64,000 bases of DNA from an uncultured Candidatus Saccharibacteria bacterium (GCA_964525295.1 CAZGEO010000002.1:193230-257229), one strand, 5' to 3'; shown: positions 26,835 to 36,080, counted from the first letter of the stretch. Notes: generated by a model from the sequence alone, not told the origin. A program made the numbers and translations.

Positions 26835-27941
26835 ATGATCAACATAATTCTTGCCCTGGTCATTCTTAACGTACTCGTTATTGCGCACGAATTTGGCCAC
26901 TACATATTTGCTCGACTGAACAAAATTGCAGTTGAAGAATTTGCGATCGGCTTTGGTCCTGTTATTTGGCAGAAAAAGTATGGCGAAACGATGTGGTCAA
27001 TCCGCCTGTTTCCACTTGGAGGATTTAATGGGTTGAAAGGTGAAGTTGAAGCAGAAAAAGGTGAAGGTAATTTTGCAACTGCACCTAAAAAAGCTCGTTT
27101 GGCCGTTTTGTTCGCAGGCTCTGCAATGAATTTAATTGTCGCGGTTATCGTTTTCTATTTTGCGATTGCATTATATGGTGGTCGAATTTCAACACCAATA
27201 GATTTTCAGCCAATTGGTGCCACTTTGACATATGAAACCGATAAGTATCCAGTTGTTGCTCAATATGTGAAAGATTCTCCTGCAGACAAGTCAGGATTGA
27301 AATTGCCATTTTCGATTCTAGCAGTCAACGGAACCGAAGTTTCTGAGCCACGTGATGTTGTTGAGTTGGTCAATTCGGCGGAGCAAGACGAAATTCGATT
27401 GAGAGTTAGAGAGCAGAATTCAGACGTTCGTGAAGTTATTATTGTGAGAGCTGCTGATAATAAGTTGGGAATATCATTGCAAAATGCTCCAAAGGTGATT
27501 GATTATACAGGCTCAGTTGCAACAAAACTATTTAGTGGTTTTTCACATACGCTTAACTCGATAATTATGACAAAAGAAATGCTTGTAATTATGATTAATG
27601 CAAGTATAACGAGTAGAACTGCTGAGCCGCTTGGCTATGCAATTGCAGGCCCGGTTGCAATCGTCGCGGTGGTTGGTGAAGTCGTAGATAATTCCCAAAC
27701 AGTTATAGCAGATCTTCTTCACATGGGTGGTTTAATTGGCGTTAGTTTGGCAATTTTCAATCTACTGCCATTTCCAGGGCTTGATGGTTGGCATATTCTG
27801 CTTGTATTCTATGAAAAAGCTCGAGGCCGACGGCCAAATGAGAAACTAGTAGGCATTCTTTCGGCATTAGGATTTTTCTTCTTGTTAGGATTAGGTGTCT
27901 TAATAATGATCAAAGATGTAATTTTCTTCTTTTTTAAGTAG
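26835..27941 (+). CDS. rseP: Site-2 protease (RseP/M50 family zinc metalloprotease) with one PDZ domain.
   Basis: HEFGHY (HExxH) in TM1. A PDZ-like central region. LDGWH near the C-terminal TM. Confidence 0.8.
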   Translation: MINIILALVILNVLVIAHEFGHYIFARLNKIAVEEFAIGFGPVIWQKKYGETMWSIRLFPLGGFNGLKGEVEAEKGEGNFATAPKKARLAVLFAGSAMNLIVAVIVFYFAIALYGGRISTPIDFQPIGATLTYETDKYPVVAQYVKDSPADKSGLKLPFSILAVNGTEVSEPRDVVELVNSAEQDEIRLRVREQNSDVREVIIVRAADNKLGISLQNAPKVIDYTGSVATKLFSGFSHTLNSIIMTKEMLVIMINASITSRTAEPLGYAIAGPVAIVAVVGEVVDNSQTVIADLLHMGGLIGVSLAIFNLLPFPGLDGWHILLVFYEKARGRRPNEKLVGILSALGFFFLLGLGVLIMIKDVIFFFFK

Positions 27942-27957
27942 AGCTAGTAATTAGCGA

Positions 27958-28200
27958 ATTGAGCCGATGGAGTATTTCATGTTATAATCTTTCAGCACAC
28001 TAAGATCGGGAATAGTATTGTAATTGTTAAAAAATTACGAGAACCCGCCCGTGAGTGGCAAAGGAACTGAAAAACTAACTTTGCGGTAAGCACCGGCCAT
28101 TGCTTTAGAAAAGGGGCAGTTGCCCGAAAGTAGGGTGGTACCACGAGAAACCTCGTCCTTACGCTGAATCATTCAGGGTTTAGGTAAATTTATAACGAGA
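27958..28200 (+). promoter_or_regulatory. T-box riboswitch leader (with the upstream TTGAGC-17-TTATAAT promoter) preceding proS.
   Basis: The conserved T-box sequence AGGGTGGTACCACGAG is at 28132-28147. A GGGCAGTTGCCC hairpin lies upstream. The leader is about 200 nt. The specifier codon could not be assigned by eye. Confidence 0.6.
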
Positions 28201-28203
28201 ATT

Positions 28204-29634
28204 GTGGAGAAAATTCCAAATATCAACGAAAATTTTGCAGATTGGTATCAATATGTCGCCTTAAAGGCTGGAATGGCAGATTATGGTCCTGTTCGCGGAA
28301 CAATGATTCATAAACCATATGGCTTCGCAATTTGGAAGAAAGTTCAGCAGATTTTAGGTGGCATGATTGAAGATGATGGCGTCAATGACGTTTATTTTCC
28401 AATGTTTATTCCATTATCATTTTTGACGAAAGAAAAAGAACACGTTGAAGGATTTGCCCCAGAGGTCGCAATGGTTACCAAGGCTGGAGGCGAAGAGCTT
28501 GAAGAAGCATTGGTTATTCGACCAACCTCAGAAACAATAATGTACAAAACATTTGCTGATTGGATTCATTCATATCGAGATCTACCGTTAAAAATCAATC
28601 AATGGACTAACGTCGTACGTTGGGAAAAAAGAACAGTTCTTTATATGAGAACGTCGGAATTTCTGTGGCAAGAGGGGCATTGTGCCTTTGCAAGCAAGGT
28701 TGAAGCAGAAGAAGATGCATGGAAAGGTATAAATCGATATGAACGGTTCCTTCGTGATTATATGGCAATCCCTGCATATAAAGGATATAAAACTTCAGGA
28801 GAAAAATTCGCAGGTGGAGATTATACATTAACGCTCGAAGGTTTGATGCGAAATGGAAAGGCTCTGCAGATGTGTACTTCACACTTGCTTGGGCAGAATT
28901 TTGCGAAAGCATTTGAAGTTACGTATCTTGATGAACAAAATACATCGCAATTTGTCTGGCAAACCAGCTGGGGCTTTACGACTCGTTCAATTGGAGCATT
29001 GATCGCAACTCACGGTGATGAAAAAGGATTGGTACTTCCCCCAAGAATCGCCCCAACTCAGATCGTCATCGTACCGATATTTAAACAAGAGCAAGATCGA
29101 GAGTTGATTGCAAGCTACGTTAATGAAATCGAATCAATGTTAAGAAATGTTAAGTTGAGATTCACTACTGACTGGCGCAATGAATCACCTGGTTGGAAGT
29201 TTAATGAGTGGGAATTAAAAGGTGTTCCTATGCGATTAGAAATCGGTAAGAAAGAAGTGGAGCAGAATCAGGTAACTGTTGCTATGCGAGTGGGTGGTGT
29301 GAAAGTTACCTTGACGCGGGTGTCTGACCTTTATAAGACACTCGAAACTATGCTCGATGAAATGCAGGCAACCTTGTTAGTGAATGCTGAAAAACGTTTG
29401 TTAGACCAAACAATCGAAGTTCATTCTGAAGCCGAATTGGCCGAAGCAATTGAATCAGAAACAGCGAATATGTATAAGGTTTATTTCAAGGACGATACGG
29501 CACGAGCAAAGGAATTGCAGGAGAAATACAAAATTACCCCACGCGTGATTCCATCTGATACAATAAACAGTAAGGGGCCGGACTTCATGACAGGTGAAGA
29601 AGGAGTGCCGACCATCTTTGCAAAAGCATATTAA
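28204..29634 (+). CDS. proS: Prolyl-tRNA synthetase, archaeal/eukaryotic type (class IIa, no INS editing domain).
   Basis: LVIRPTSETIMYKTFADWIHSYRDLPLKINQWTNVVRWE and TSEFLWQEGHCAF align with eukaryote-type ProRS. C-terminal anticodon-binding domain and Zn-domain-like tail. 476 aa. Confidence 0.9.
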   Translation: MEKIPNINENFADWYQYVALKAGMADYGPVRGTMIHKPYGFAIWKKVQQILGGMIEDDGVNDVYFPMFIPLSFLTKEKEHVEGFAPEVAMVTKAGGEELEEALVIRPTSETIMYKTFADWIHSYRDLPLKINQWTNVVRWEKRTVLYMRTSEFLWQEGHCAFASKVEAEEDAWKGINRYERFLRDYMAIPAYKGYKTSGEKFAGGDYTLTLEGLMRNGKALQMCTSHLLGQNFAKAFEVTYLDEQNTSQFVWQTSWGFTTRSIGALIATHGDEKGLVLPPRIAPTQIVIVPIFKQEQDRELIASYVNEIESMLRNVKLRFTTDWRNESPGWKFNEWELKGVPMRLEIGKKEVEQNQVTVAMRVGGVKVTLTRVSDLYKTLETMLDEMQATLLVNAEKRLLDQTIEVHSEAELAEAIESETANMYKVYFKDDTARAKELQEKYKITPRVIPSDTINSKGPDFMTGEEGVPTIFAKAY

Positions 29635-29651
29635 TTGTGTATAATTCGACC

Positions 29652-29888
29652 ATGGCAGTTATAGTAGTGCATAAAAACGAATCTATTGACTCGGTTCTCC
29701 GTCGTTTTCAACGACAAGTTATTAAAGAGGGGATTATTTCCGATGTTCTTGATAAGCGATTCTATACTTCAAAATCAGCTGCAAAGCGCGTGAAAATTCA
29801 CGAACTTGAGCGATCAGCAAGTAGAAAGCGCCGACGAGCAAAAGGTAAGCCACGAACAACCGTTTCAGTAAAGAAGAAACTCTTTTAG
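29652..29888 (+). CDS. rpsU: 30S ribosomal protein S21.
   Basis: MAVIVVHKNESIDSVLRRFQRQV...RKRRRAKGK. The ATG at 29652 is preferred over the upstream track start. Confidence 0.85.
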   Translation: MAVIVVHKNESIDSVLRRFQRQVIKEGIISDVLDKRFYTSKSAAKRVKIHELERSASRKRRRAKGKPRTTVSVKKKLF

Positions 29889-29959
29889 TTTTTTCAACAA
29901 TGTGTTTCCGCTGTGTGCTTAGTTTTGTATAATTACTGCATTTCGGGTAAACTCAGAAT

Positions 29960-30427
29960 ATGATAAACATTGAGTATCACGTTGCTGTTAAAAAGGATGC
30001 TCAATTGATATCGACATTACTTGAGTATCTTTCATTACCAAGCATATCAAGTATGCTTGAAAAGAATTCCCGTGTTCGGAAGTTAGGTGCGAATGCAACA
30101 GTTTATGTTACTGTTATCGGCTCATCTCGAATGAGGTCGTTGAATTCGCACTACAGAAATAAAGATGCTTCAACCGATGTGTTAAGTTTCGAATTGCATG
30201 AGAATGGTGTGATGGGGGAGTTATATATTTCTCCAAATGATATAACAGCGAATGCAAAAATGATGAAGCACCCATTTGAGCATGAATTCATTGAAATATT
30301 TGTTCACGGCATATTGCATCTTGTAGGATACGACCATGAGCCTGAAATGTTTGAGTGGCAGAAAACAATAACCACAAATATATTAGAAAAGTATGAAACT
30401 TATAGTAGGACTGGGAAATCCAGGTAA
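29960..30427 (+). CDS. ybeY: rRNA maturation endoribonuclease YbeY.
   Basis: HGILHLVGYDHE (H-x-x-x-H-x-x-x-x-x-H zinc motif). 155 aa. Confidence 0.85.
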   Translation: MINIEYHVAVKKDAQLISTLLEYLSLPSISSMLEKNSRVRKLGANATVYVTVIGSSRMRSLNSHYRNKDASTDVLSFELHENGVMGELYISPNDITANAKMMKHPFEHEFIEIFVHGILHLVGYDHEPEMFEWQKTITTNILEKYETYSRTGKSR

Positions 30428-30956
30428 ACAATTTGATCGAACCCCGCACAATGCAGGGTTTGAATTACTAGATCGAGCAAAAATAGCCCTAGAAAAGCTC
30501 GGCCTTTCTGTATCGGCATGGACACTGTTGCAAAAAGAGCAGGCGGAAATAAGTGAAATTTACACAGCAGAGGGGCAAAAGATTGCTGTATTAGCAAAAC
30601 CACAGACGTATATGAATCTAAGTGGCAAGGCTGTTCAACTAATAATCAACAAATATGGTCTAAAAAATCATAATGATATATTGATTTGTTACGACGAGTT
30701 GGATATTCCATTAGGAAAGTTCAAATATTCTCCAGTAAAAAATTCCAGAACTCACAAAGGAATTGATTCTATCATGTCTACAGTAGGCAAAGATTTGCAT
30801 TCACTTCGTATTGGCGTTGATAATCGAAAAATTAGGCAAATTCCTGGAGAAGATTATGTCCTGCGACATTATACCGATGACGAGATGAGTACCTTAAAAC
30901 GGGCATGCGACGAAGCATTTTTGCAACATCTGAAAGAATTCCTTGGGCTGGTATAA
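30393..30956 (+). CDS. pth: Peptidyl-tRNA hydrolase.
   Basis: MKLIVGLGNPGKQFDRTPHNAGF N-terminal motif. 187 aa. Confidence 0.9.
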   Translation: MKLIVGLGNPGKQFDRTPHNAGFELLDRAKIALEKLGLSVSAWTLLQKEQAEISEIYTAEGQKIAVLAKPQTYMNLSGKAVQLIINKYGLKNHNDILICYDELDIPLGKFKYSPVKNSRTHKGIDSIMSTVGKDLHSLRIGVDNRKIRQIPGEDYVLRHYTDDEMSTLKRACDEAFLQHLKEFLGLV

Positions 30957-30998
30957 TAGTAATGCGGTAGCATACGCAATAAATTAATTGTCTCAATT

Positions 30999-31562
30999 AT
31001 GCAAGTTACTTTTACCGGTCGTGGTTTAGAAGTTACCGATTCGATGAAGCAATTTATAACCGATAAGCTTTCGAAAATTCCACATATTGACATGTCATTA
31101 CAAGTTAACTGTGAAGTTGGGCAAACTGTATCACACAAAGGTGCATCAAAAGATTTTTATGTAAGAGTATTGATAACATTGCCGAAAGCAGTTGTTAGAA
31201 TGAAGAAAGATGGTGCCGATGTTTATGCATTAGTCGATGAAATGACTCCAAGTTTACAAAAGAAATTAGTTCAATATAAAGATAATTTCAGAAAATGGGA
31301 AGGTGCAGAACAGTGGCCTGAATCTGCAGTCGTTGAAGAAGATGCCATTGTCGATGATTCTGCAAGCGCAGTTTATGCGGGCTACGTTCCTCAAATTCGT
31401 AAGAAAGTTTTAACTGAAATGCCACCAATGTCTGTGACAGAGGCGGTTGAACGAATGGAACTAATGGATCGCGACTTCTTTGTTTTTCGTGATGTGCAAA
31501 CGAGCAAGATTGCAGTTGTTGCAAGGCGAGGTGATGGCTACGAAATGGTCGTAACTGAATAA
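30999..31562 (+). CDS. hpf: Ribosome hibernation promoting factor (long HPF with C-terminal dimerisation domain).
   Basis: MQVTFTGRGLEVTDSMKQFITDKLSKI. 187 aa, with a C-terminal domain ending IAVVARRGDGYEMVV. Confidence 0.85.
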   Translation: MQVTFTGRGLEVTDSMKQFITDKLSKIPHIDMSLQVNCEVGQTVSHKGASKDFYVRVLITLPKAVVRMKKDGADVYALVDEMTPSLQKKLVQYKDNFRKWEGAEQWPESAVVEEDAIVDDSASAVYAGYVPQIRKKVLTEMPPMSVTEAVERMELMDRDFFVFRDVQTSKIAVVARRGDGYEMVVTE

Positions 31563-31631
31563 ACTATTCTGAGTTTATGTCCATGTAGCGACGGCACAGG
31601 GAGTATTAGCAAATTGCGCAACGAATTGTGT

Positions 31632-31662
31632 AAAAAAAAGCCCGGGGTAACCGGGCTTTTTT
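31632..31662. terminator. Bidirectional rho-independent terminator between the convergent hpf gene and the 31682-32482 gene.
   Basis: AAAAAAAAG-CCCGG-ggtaa-CCGGG-CTTTTTT: a 6-bp GC stem with a 5-nt loop, flanked by an A-tract and a T-tract. Confidence 0.8.
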
Positions 31663-31681
31663 ACTGCTAAATGAAATTTAG

Positions 31682-32482
31682 CTATTTTGCGAAGAGTCGC
31701 TTAACAAGATCCAAACTGCGGAGGAACTTGTAGGTATCATTTGAACCTGCAATGAGGATATTCTCTTCAGAATAATTAGCAAGTGCATTTGATATCAATT
31801 CTTCTTGTTTGGCACTCTTTATACCTGAAATCATTGAAGCTTTGATTGTTTCTTTTACCTCTTCGAATTTCTTGCCAGTATAAAGTGTACTGTTTTTCGC
31901 AAAGTAATCTTGCATTTCAGCCTCAGTTGGCTCGGTAATACCTTCTGAAGAAAGCTTATCAAGTTTGAGCGAAAGCTCTACAGATTGACGATAGGTTTTT
32001 TCTGTAATGCCTGCCTGTTCGAGAGCCGAAGCAAATTGCTCATCAGTTGTGATGCCTGCTTGAGCTTTGTCATCTGCAATTGCTTTATTCACGTCATCTG
32101 TTGAAACGGTAACGCCTTTTTCTTTAGCTAATTGATTAACAGCTGCCTGTGCAAGGAGATTTTGCATAATGGTCATGCCATACTTCGATTCAAGAGCTTC
32201 TTCATACTCTTTACGAGAGACGTCAAATTCTTTATAAAATGCGACATATTTTGATGAAATTGATGTTTGTACAACCCAGTCAACAACTGGAATAAGCACG
32301 AGTGCAATGGCAATTCCGACGCCAATTTTGATAAGAATGTCTTTCTTTACTGCAATAGTTGGTAACTTGAAACCAACAGTTTTGCGTGCTTTTGTTTCAA
32401 CGACTTCAACTGTTGTTGCGACTTCAGTGACAGCGTTTTTTTCGACTGATTCTGATTTCACGACTTTCTTCTTGTTTTTCAT
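31682..32482 (-). CDS. Membrane-anchored SurA-N/PrsA-like chaperone-domain protein without a recognisable PPIase domain (putative).
   Basis: N-terminal TM (ILIKIGVGIAIALVLIPVV). Helical region resembling the SurA N-terminal chaperone module. 266 aa. Confidence 0.4.
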   Translation of the reverse strand: MKNKKKVVKSESVEKNAVTEVATTVEVVETKARKTVGFKLPTIAVKKDILIKIGVGIAIALVLIPVVDWVVQTSISSKYVAFYKEFDVSRKEYEEALESKYGMTIMQNLLAQAAVNQLAKEKGVTVSTDDVNKAIADDKAQAGITTDEQFASALEQAGITEKTYRQSVELSLKLDKLSSEGITEPTEAEMQDYFAKNSTLYTGKKFEEVKETIKASMISGIKSAKQEELISNALANYSEENILIAGSNDTYKFLRSLDLVKRLFAK

Positions 32483-32502
32483 AAAATTTTTAATAAGGTA
32501 AT

Positions 32503-33822
32503 TTATCTCAGGTGATAATAAGCGCTACGCAGATTATTCCCATGGTCGATTATAACAAAATTTCCACCAAATCGGTCAACAGTACCTCTATACACCGTTC
32601 CTGCGAGTATTGCGCGTACTGGAGCACCTTCACCGCGAAGATAGTGGTAGCCAGAATAGGCAAGGTTACACTTTAGCGTTCCTTTTGGAATGAAGTAACG
32701 TGAACCAGATTGATTGCCTTCAGCAGTGCTCACCATATCGAGATATTTTCCTTCATGGAACCATTGTGTTACGAGTGCTCCAGCATAAGGAGCGCTTCCG
32801 TTTTTGCTGTAAACGTAACCTCCAGAAGTTGTCAAGAGGCCTTCAGCGAAAGGATCGACATTTGCTGTGTACTGCCCCTTATTTGAACTTCTGATGAGAC
32901 CGAAGTGCAAGTGCGAACCGTAAGAACAACCAGTATGACCTTGAAAACCGACTATACCACCTTTTTGAACTGGAGTTCCTGCACCGAGCTTACCTGACTG
33001 GAAAAGTTCCATTGCAATAGCAAGACTTTGCGCATCAGCATTGTTTTGTTGTTTTTTTAATTCTGCACTTTTCGCCGCCAATTCTTTTTCTTGTTTGTCG
33101 AGATCAGCAATTAACTTTTTTTGTTTATCGCGTTGTGAGGCGAGTTCGCCTTGAATTTTTAAAATCTCGAGATTATCTGCTTCAAGTGTATTACGCTTTG
33201 CGATTATATCGTTTTGAGCAGAGGCAAGAACTTTTTCTTCTGCAGCTAGCTGTGTTTGTAGATTTTTATATTGAGCTAAACGTGTTTTTTCTTGTTGAAC
33301 TACATAGTCAAAGTAGCGTAGCATTTCTAGCGTTGAAATGAGGTCATTTTGAGAAAGAACATACCAGATTGGTACTGTGTTAACTTTGTAACTCAGTAAT
33401 GCGATTTCATTGATTTTCTTGACTGCAGATTCTGTTTCTTGTTTCAAGGTATCAACGCGATTTTTTGTTTCGCTTATTTCTTCGCCAATATTGGCAATTT
33501 CGATGCTGGCAATTTCAATATCGACTTGTTTTTGAGAGATGGTTAATTCACTCGCAGAAATTTGACTATTGATTGCATCGACTTGTGCCTGTAAATCACC
33601 CTCTTGTGCTTGCAACTTTTTAAGTGAATTTTCTATTTGACTTCTTTGGGAATTCAGATCATTCTTAAGCTTGATCAGATAGTCGTAACATTGTTGTTTT
33701 GAATAACCAGAAGGACAGAGAGATTCTGATGCCGAAACTGTATCTGCTGCAAAAAATGAAAAAGAAAAAATTAAGGTTGCAATTGTTAGAAGTGAGAAAA
33801 TTTTCTTTACAGGCAGTTTCAT
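32503..33822 (-). CDS. Secreted coiled-coil M23/LytM peptidase (EnvC-like), probably the FtsEX partner.
   Basis: Signal peptide MKLPVKKIFSLLTIATLIF. About 250 aa of coiled coil (LQAQVDAINSQ..., ELAAKSAELKKQQ). C-terminal LytM motifs IDHGNNLRSAYYHL and GHTGCSYGSHLHF. The start was moved to an internal ATG. Sits 14 nt downstream of ftsX. Confidence 0.75.
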   Translation of the reverse strand: MKLPVKKIFSLLTIATLIFSFSFFAADTVSASESLCPSGYSKQQCYDYLIKLKNDLNSQRSQIENSLKKLQAQEGDLQAQVDAINSQISASELTISQKQVDIEIASIEIANIGEEISETKNRVDTLKQETESAVKKINEIALLSYKVNTVPIWYVLSQNDLISTLEMLRYFDYVVQQEKTRLAQYKNLQTQLAAEEKVLASAQNDIIAKRNTLEADNLEILKIQGELASQRDKQKKLIADLDKQEKELAAKSAELKKQQNNADAQSLAIAMELFQSGKLGAGTPVQKGGIVGFQGHTGCSYGSHLHFGLIRSSNKGQYTANVDPFAEGLLTTSGGYVYSKNGSAPYAGALVTQWFHEGKYLDMVSTAEGNQSGSRYFIPKGTLKCNLAYSGYHYLRGEGAPVRAILAGTVYRGTVDRFGGNFVIIDHGNNLRSAYYHLR

Positions 33823-33836
33823 CAGTATGTGCGAGA

Positions 33837-34757
33837 TTAAGATTTTATATAACGCTTGGTTGCAATTGCCGAGCAAGCGTAACCAATTGTCGTGCCCAAC
33901 GCTACTTCTATTGTACCAAAAATGACAAAGAGCAATGATGGTTTGAATAAATCGCTTAATCCAACGCTTGTCATCATATCTTCGATAAATTTGAATAAGA
34001 TATTGTCTTTCAAAATGATGACTGATAGTGCCCATAGACCGGTTAGTGTTATAAACGAAAGGAATGAGGCAACTGCTCCGTAAAATGCACCCTGGAGTTT
34101 AAATGGCATACCTACAACTTTTGGTTCTGCACCGACGAGTTCCATAATCTCAATCTCTTGTGCAAATCTGTTTATCGTAAACCCGATAGTCAGGTAGACG
34201 AGAACAATCGAAATGATAAACAAGACAGCGGTAATAACGAGGCTTCCGATCGTTACGGTGTTGCTGAATTGTTTGATTTTATCGACGATCTCTTGGAAGT
34301 AGATATAATCGATAATCAGTGCGCCCTTACTTTGTTCGTCTTTAACCATTTGAACAAATGGTTTGTAGTCGTACCCGTTTTCGAGTTGAACTCGTAGAAT
34401 TCTAATTTGATTCGCGTCAAATTCGTAATTACCTTGTTGTTCTGAAGCCATACCAATGCTGCTGAGGTATTGTTTTTGAATGTCTGCAGAGGTAGTGTAG
34501 GTGATTTTCGCGACACCTTTTTGGCTTTCGAGATTATTTTTAAAGGTAATAATATTTTCTTCTTTTTCTTTCGGATCGTAGAAAACTGAAAGAGTCGGTT
34601 GGTTTTGTAAATACTGAACAGCCTTGTTGGCGAATTGGTTAACGACAAAAAAGATACTTCCGATTGAAAACGTTACGGTAATTATGACAATACTTGCAAG
34701 AGATAACCCAGGGTTTCGCTTGATATATTTCATTGTTGTTGCCCAGACGAGATTCAT
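33837..34757 (-). CDS. ftsX: Cell-division ABC transporter permease FtsX.
   Basis: TM1, then a large extracytoplasmic loop, then three C-terminal TMs. 306 aa. Directly follows ftsE. Confidence 0.8.
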   Translation of the reverse strand: MNLVWATTMKYIKRNPGLSLASIVIITVTFSIGSIFFVVNQFANKAVQYLQNQPTLSVFYDPKEKEENIITFKNNLESQKGVAKITYTTSADIQKQYLSSIGMASEQQGNYEFDANQIRILRVQLENGYDYKPFVQMVKDEQSKGALIIDYIYFQEIVDKIKQFSNTVTIGSLVITAVLFIISIVLVYLTIGFTINRFAQEIEIMELVGAEPKVVGMPFKLQGAFYGAVASFLSFITLTGLWALSVIILKDNILFKFIEDMMTSVGLSDLFKPSLLFVIFGTIEVALGTTIGYACSAIATKRYIKS

Positions 34758-34759
34758 GG

Positions 34760-35641
34760 TTACGCGAGGTCTTTGAGTTTAATTGCTAAGATACCAATTT
34801 CTTGATCAGTAAACTTCAGAGTATCTTTTAGGAATGCAGGAGTTAGGTTGAGAATGTCAGACTTTTCATCTGGAGCGAGTGGGCGAAGTTTATCAACAAC
34901 TGTTGGAGGTAACAATTCTTCTAATTCTTTCAAGAATTCGTTGACAGTCTTCTTTTTCTTAGGATTAAGATGTAATTCGCCACTTTCAATGTGCCAGTGA
35001 TTATAGTCATAACGTTTGAGCAGGTCCATATTGTGAGTAGTCATGATAATACTTGTGCCAACCTTGTTAATTTTTGCGAGTAATTCCATGATGTTATGGG
35101 TATTTTCATCATCAAGATCTCCTGTTGGTTCATCAGCAATCAATAATTTTGGGTTGTTAGCGATTGCACGAGCAATAACTACACGTCTTTTCTCACCACC
35201 TGATAATTGTCTGGGAAAAAGATCGCGTTTTGTAGCTAATCCAACGTAATCAAGTAAATACTCAACGGTTTGTGTAACTTCTTGTTGGGTTCTATTCAGA
35301 ATTTCAAGAACAAAAGCAACATTTTCGAATACTGTCTTATGTTCCAACAATTTATAGTCTTGGAATACAACCCCAACAGTTCTTCGATATGCTGGAACTA
35401 ACTTTGGAGGCAATTGTTCAATAGGAACCGTTTCAAAGACAATACTCCCTCGAGTAGGAAGTTCTTGCATTATAAGGAGTTTAATCAAAGTCGTTTTTCC
35501 TGAACCAGATGGGCCAGTCAAAAATACGAATTCACCGCGATCTAGGCCGAAGTTTACGTTCTTTAACACTGGGATAACTGTGTCACCTACGTTGTAGAGT
35601 TTTGAAAGTTTTGATACTCGGAGCATATGAGATTGTAGCAT
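34760..35641 (-). CDS. ftsE: Cell-division ABC ATPase FtsE with a C-terminal extension of about 65 aa.
   Basis: GPSGSGKTT Walker A. LSGGEKRRVVIARAI signature. LLIADEPTGDLD Walker B. The core ends near residue 225. The extra tail is ...VVDKLRPLAPDEKSDILNLTPAFLKDTLKFTDQEIGILAIKLKDLA. Confidence 0.9.
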   Translation of the reverse strand: MLQSHMLRVSKLSKLYNVGDTVIPVLKNVNFGLDRGEFVFLTGPSGSGKTTLIKLLIMQELPTRGSIVFETVPIEQLPPKLVPAYRRTVGVVFQDYKLLEHKTVFENVAFVLEILNRTQQEVTQTVEYLLDYVGLATKRDLFPRQLSGGEKRRVVIARAIANNPKLLIADEPTGDLDDENTHNIMELLAKINKVGTSIIMTTHNMDLLKRYDYNHWHIESGELHLNPKKKKTVNEFLKELEELLPPTVVDKLRPLAPDEKSDILNLTPAFLKDTLKFTDQEIGILAIKLKDLA

Positions 35642-35776
35642 AGTTTGTTTTCTAGTTCGTTAGTGTTTTGCAGGACAGGTTTAATAGTTAATATTTAATG
35701 AATAGTGAGCTGCGCTTGAGGGCTACTTTTTATCGATATTATCTATTAATTATGAAGAATTTACTTGTGAGCTCAG

Positions 35777-35805
35777 GTTGACAGTAATTCAACTATAGGG
35801 TATAA
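35777..35805 (+). promoter_or_regulatory. Near-consensus sigma70 promoter TTGACA - 17 nt - TATAAT.
   Basis: TTGACA at 35777-35782 and TATAAT at 35800-35805. It stands in the long intergenic region after ftsE and drives the leader plus the 36081 CDS. Confidence 0.55.
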
Positions 35806-35810
35806 TAACA

Positions 35811-36080
35811 CCAAGAAGCTGCCCCTTTTCTCAACTGTTAGGGCGATTCTTACACAGATTTTTCTGTGTGCTCATTAACAAGCGCAAATATGCTTAGTTA
35901 GTGCGAAAGCCTGCTAAGGGTGTTTGCAAACCGGTTGGAATATCAATTTCTCGCCATGAATAATGCTTAGCCAATGTAGGCGTACTTCATGGCGAGAAAT
36001 TAGGTATACAAAGGCCCTGTGTGGTCACTCGCAAGTCAGCGGATAAGGCAATTGTTGCCCTGCTGGCGGAAAGGTTTGAA
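35811..36080 (+). ncRNA. Candidate structured 5' leader or cis-regulatory RNA (class unknown).
   Basis: About 270 nt between the promoter and the ATG, containing several hairpins. The hairpins include ACACAG/CTGTGT and a perfect 16-bp inverted repeat at 35945-35960 / 35986-36001. GGCAATTGTTGCC sits inside CAGC...GCTG. The ATGCTTAG motif is repeated. Confidence 0.3.

Noticed and set aside
35880-35930. Possible c-di-GMP-I (GEMM) riboswitch, because GCGAAAGCC and GCAAACC strings occur in the leader.
   Set aside because: The order and spacing of the conserved elements do not match GEMM (GCAAACC should precede the ACGCAAAGCC segment). No P1/P2 architecture could be built by eye.
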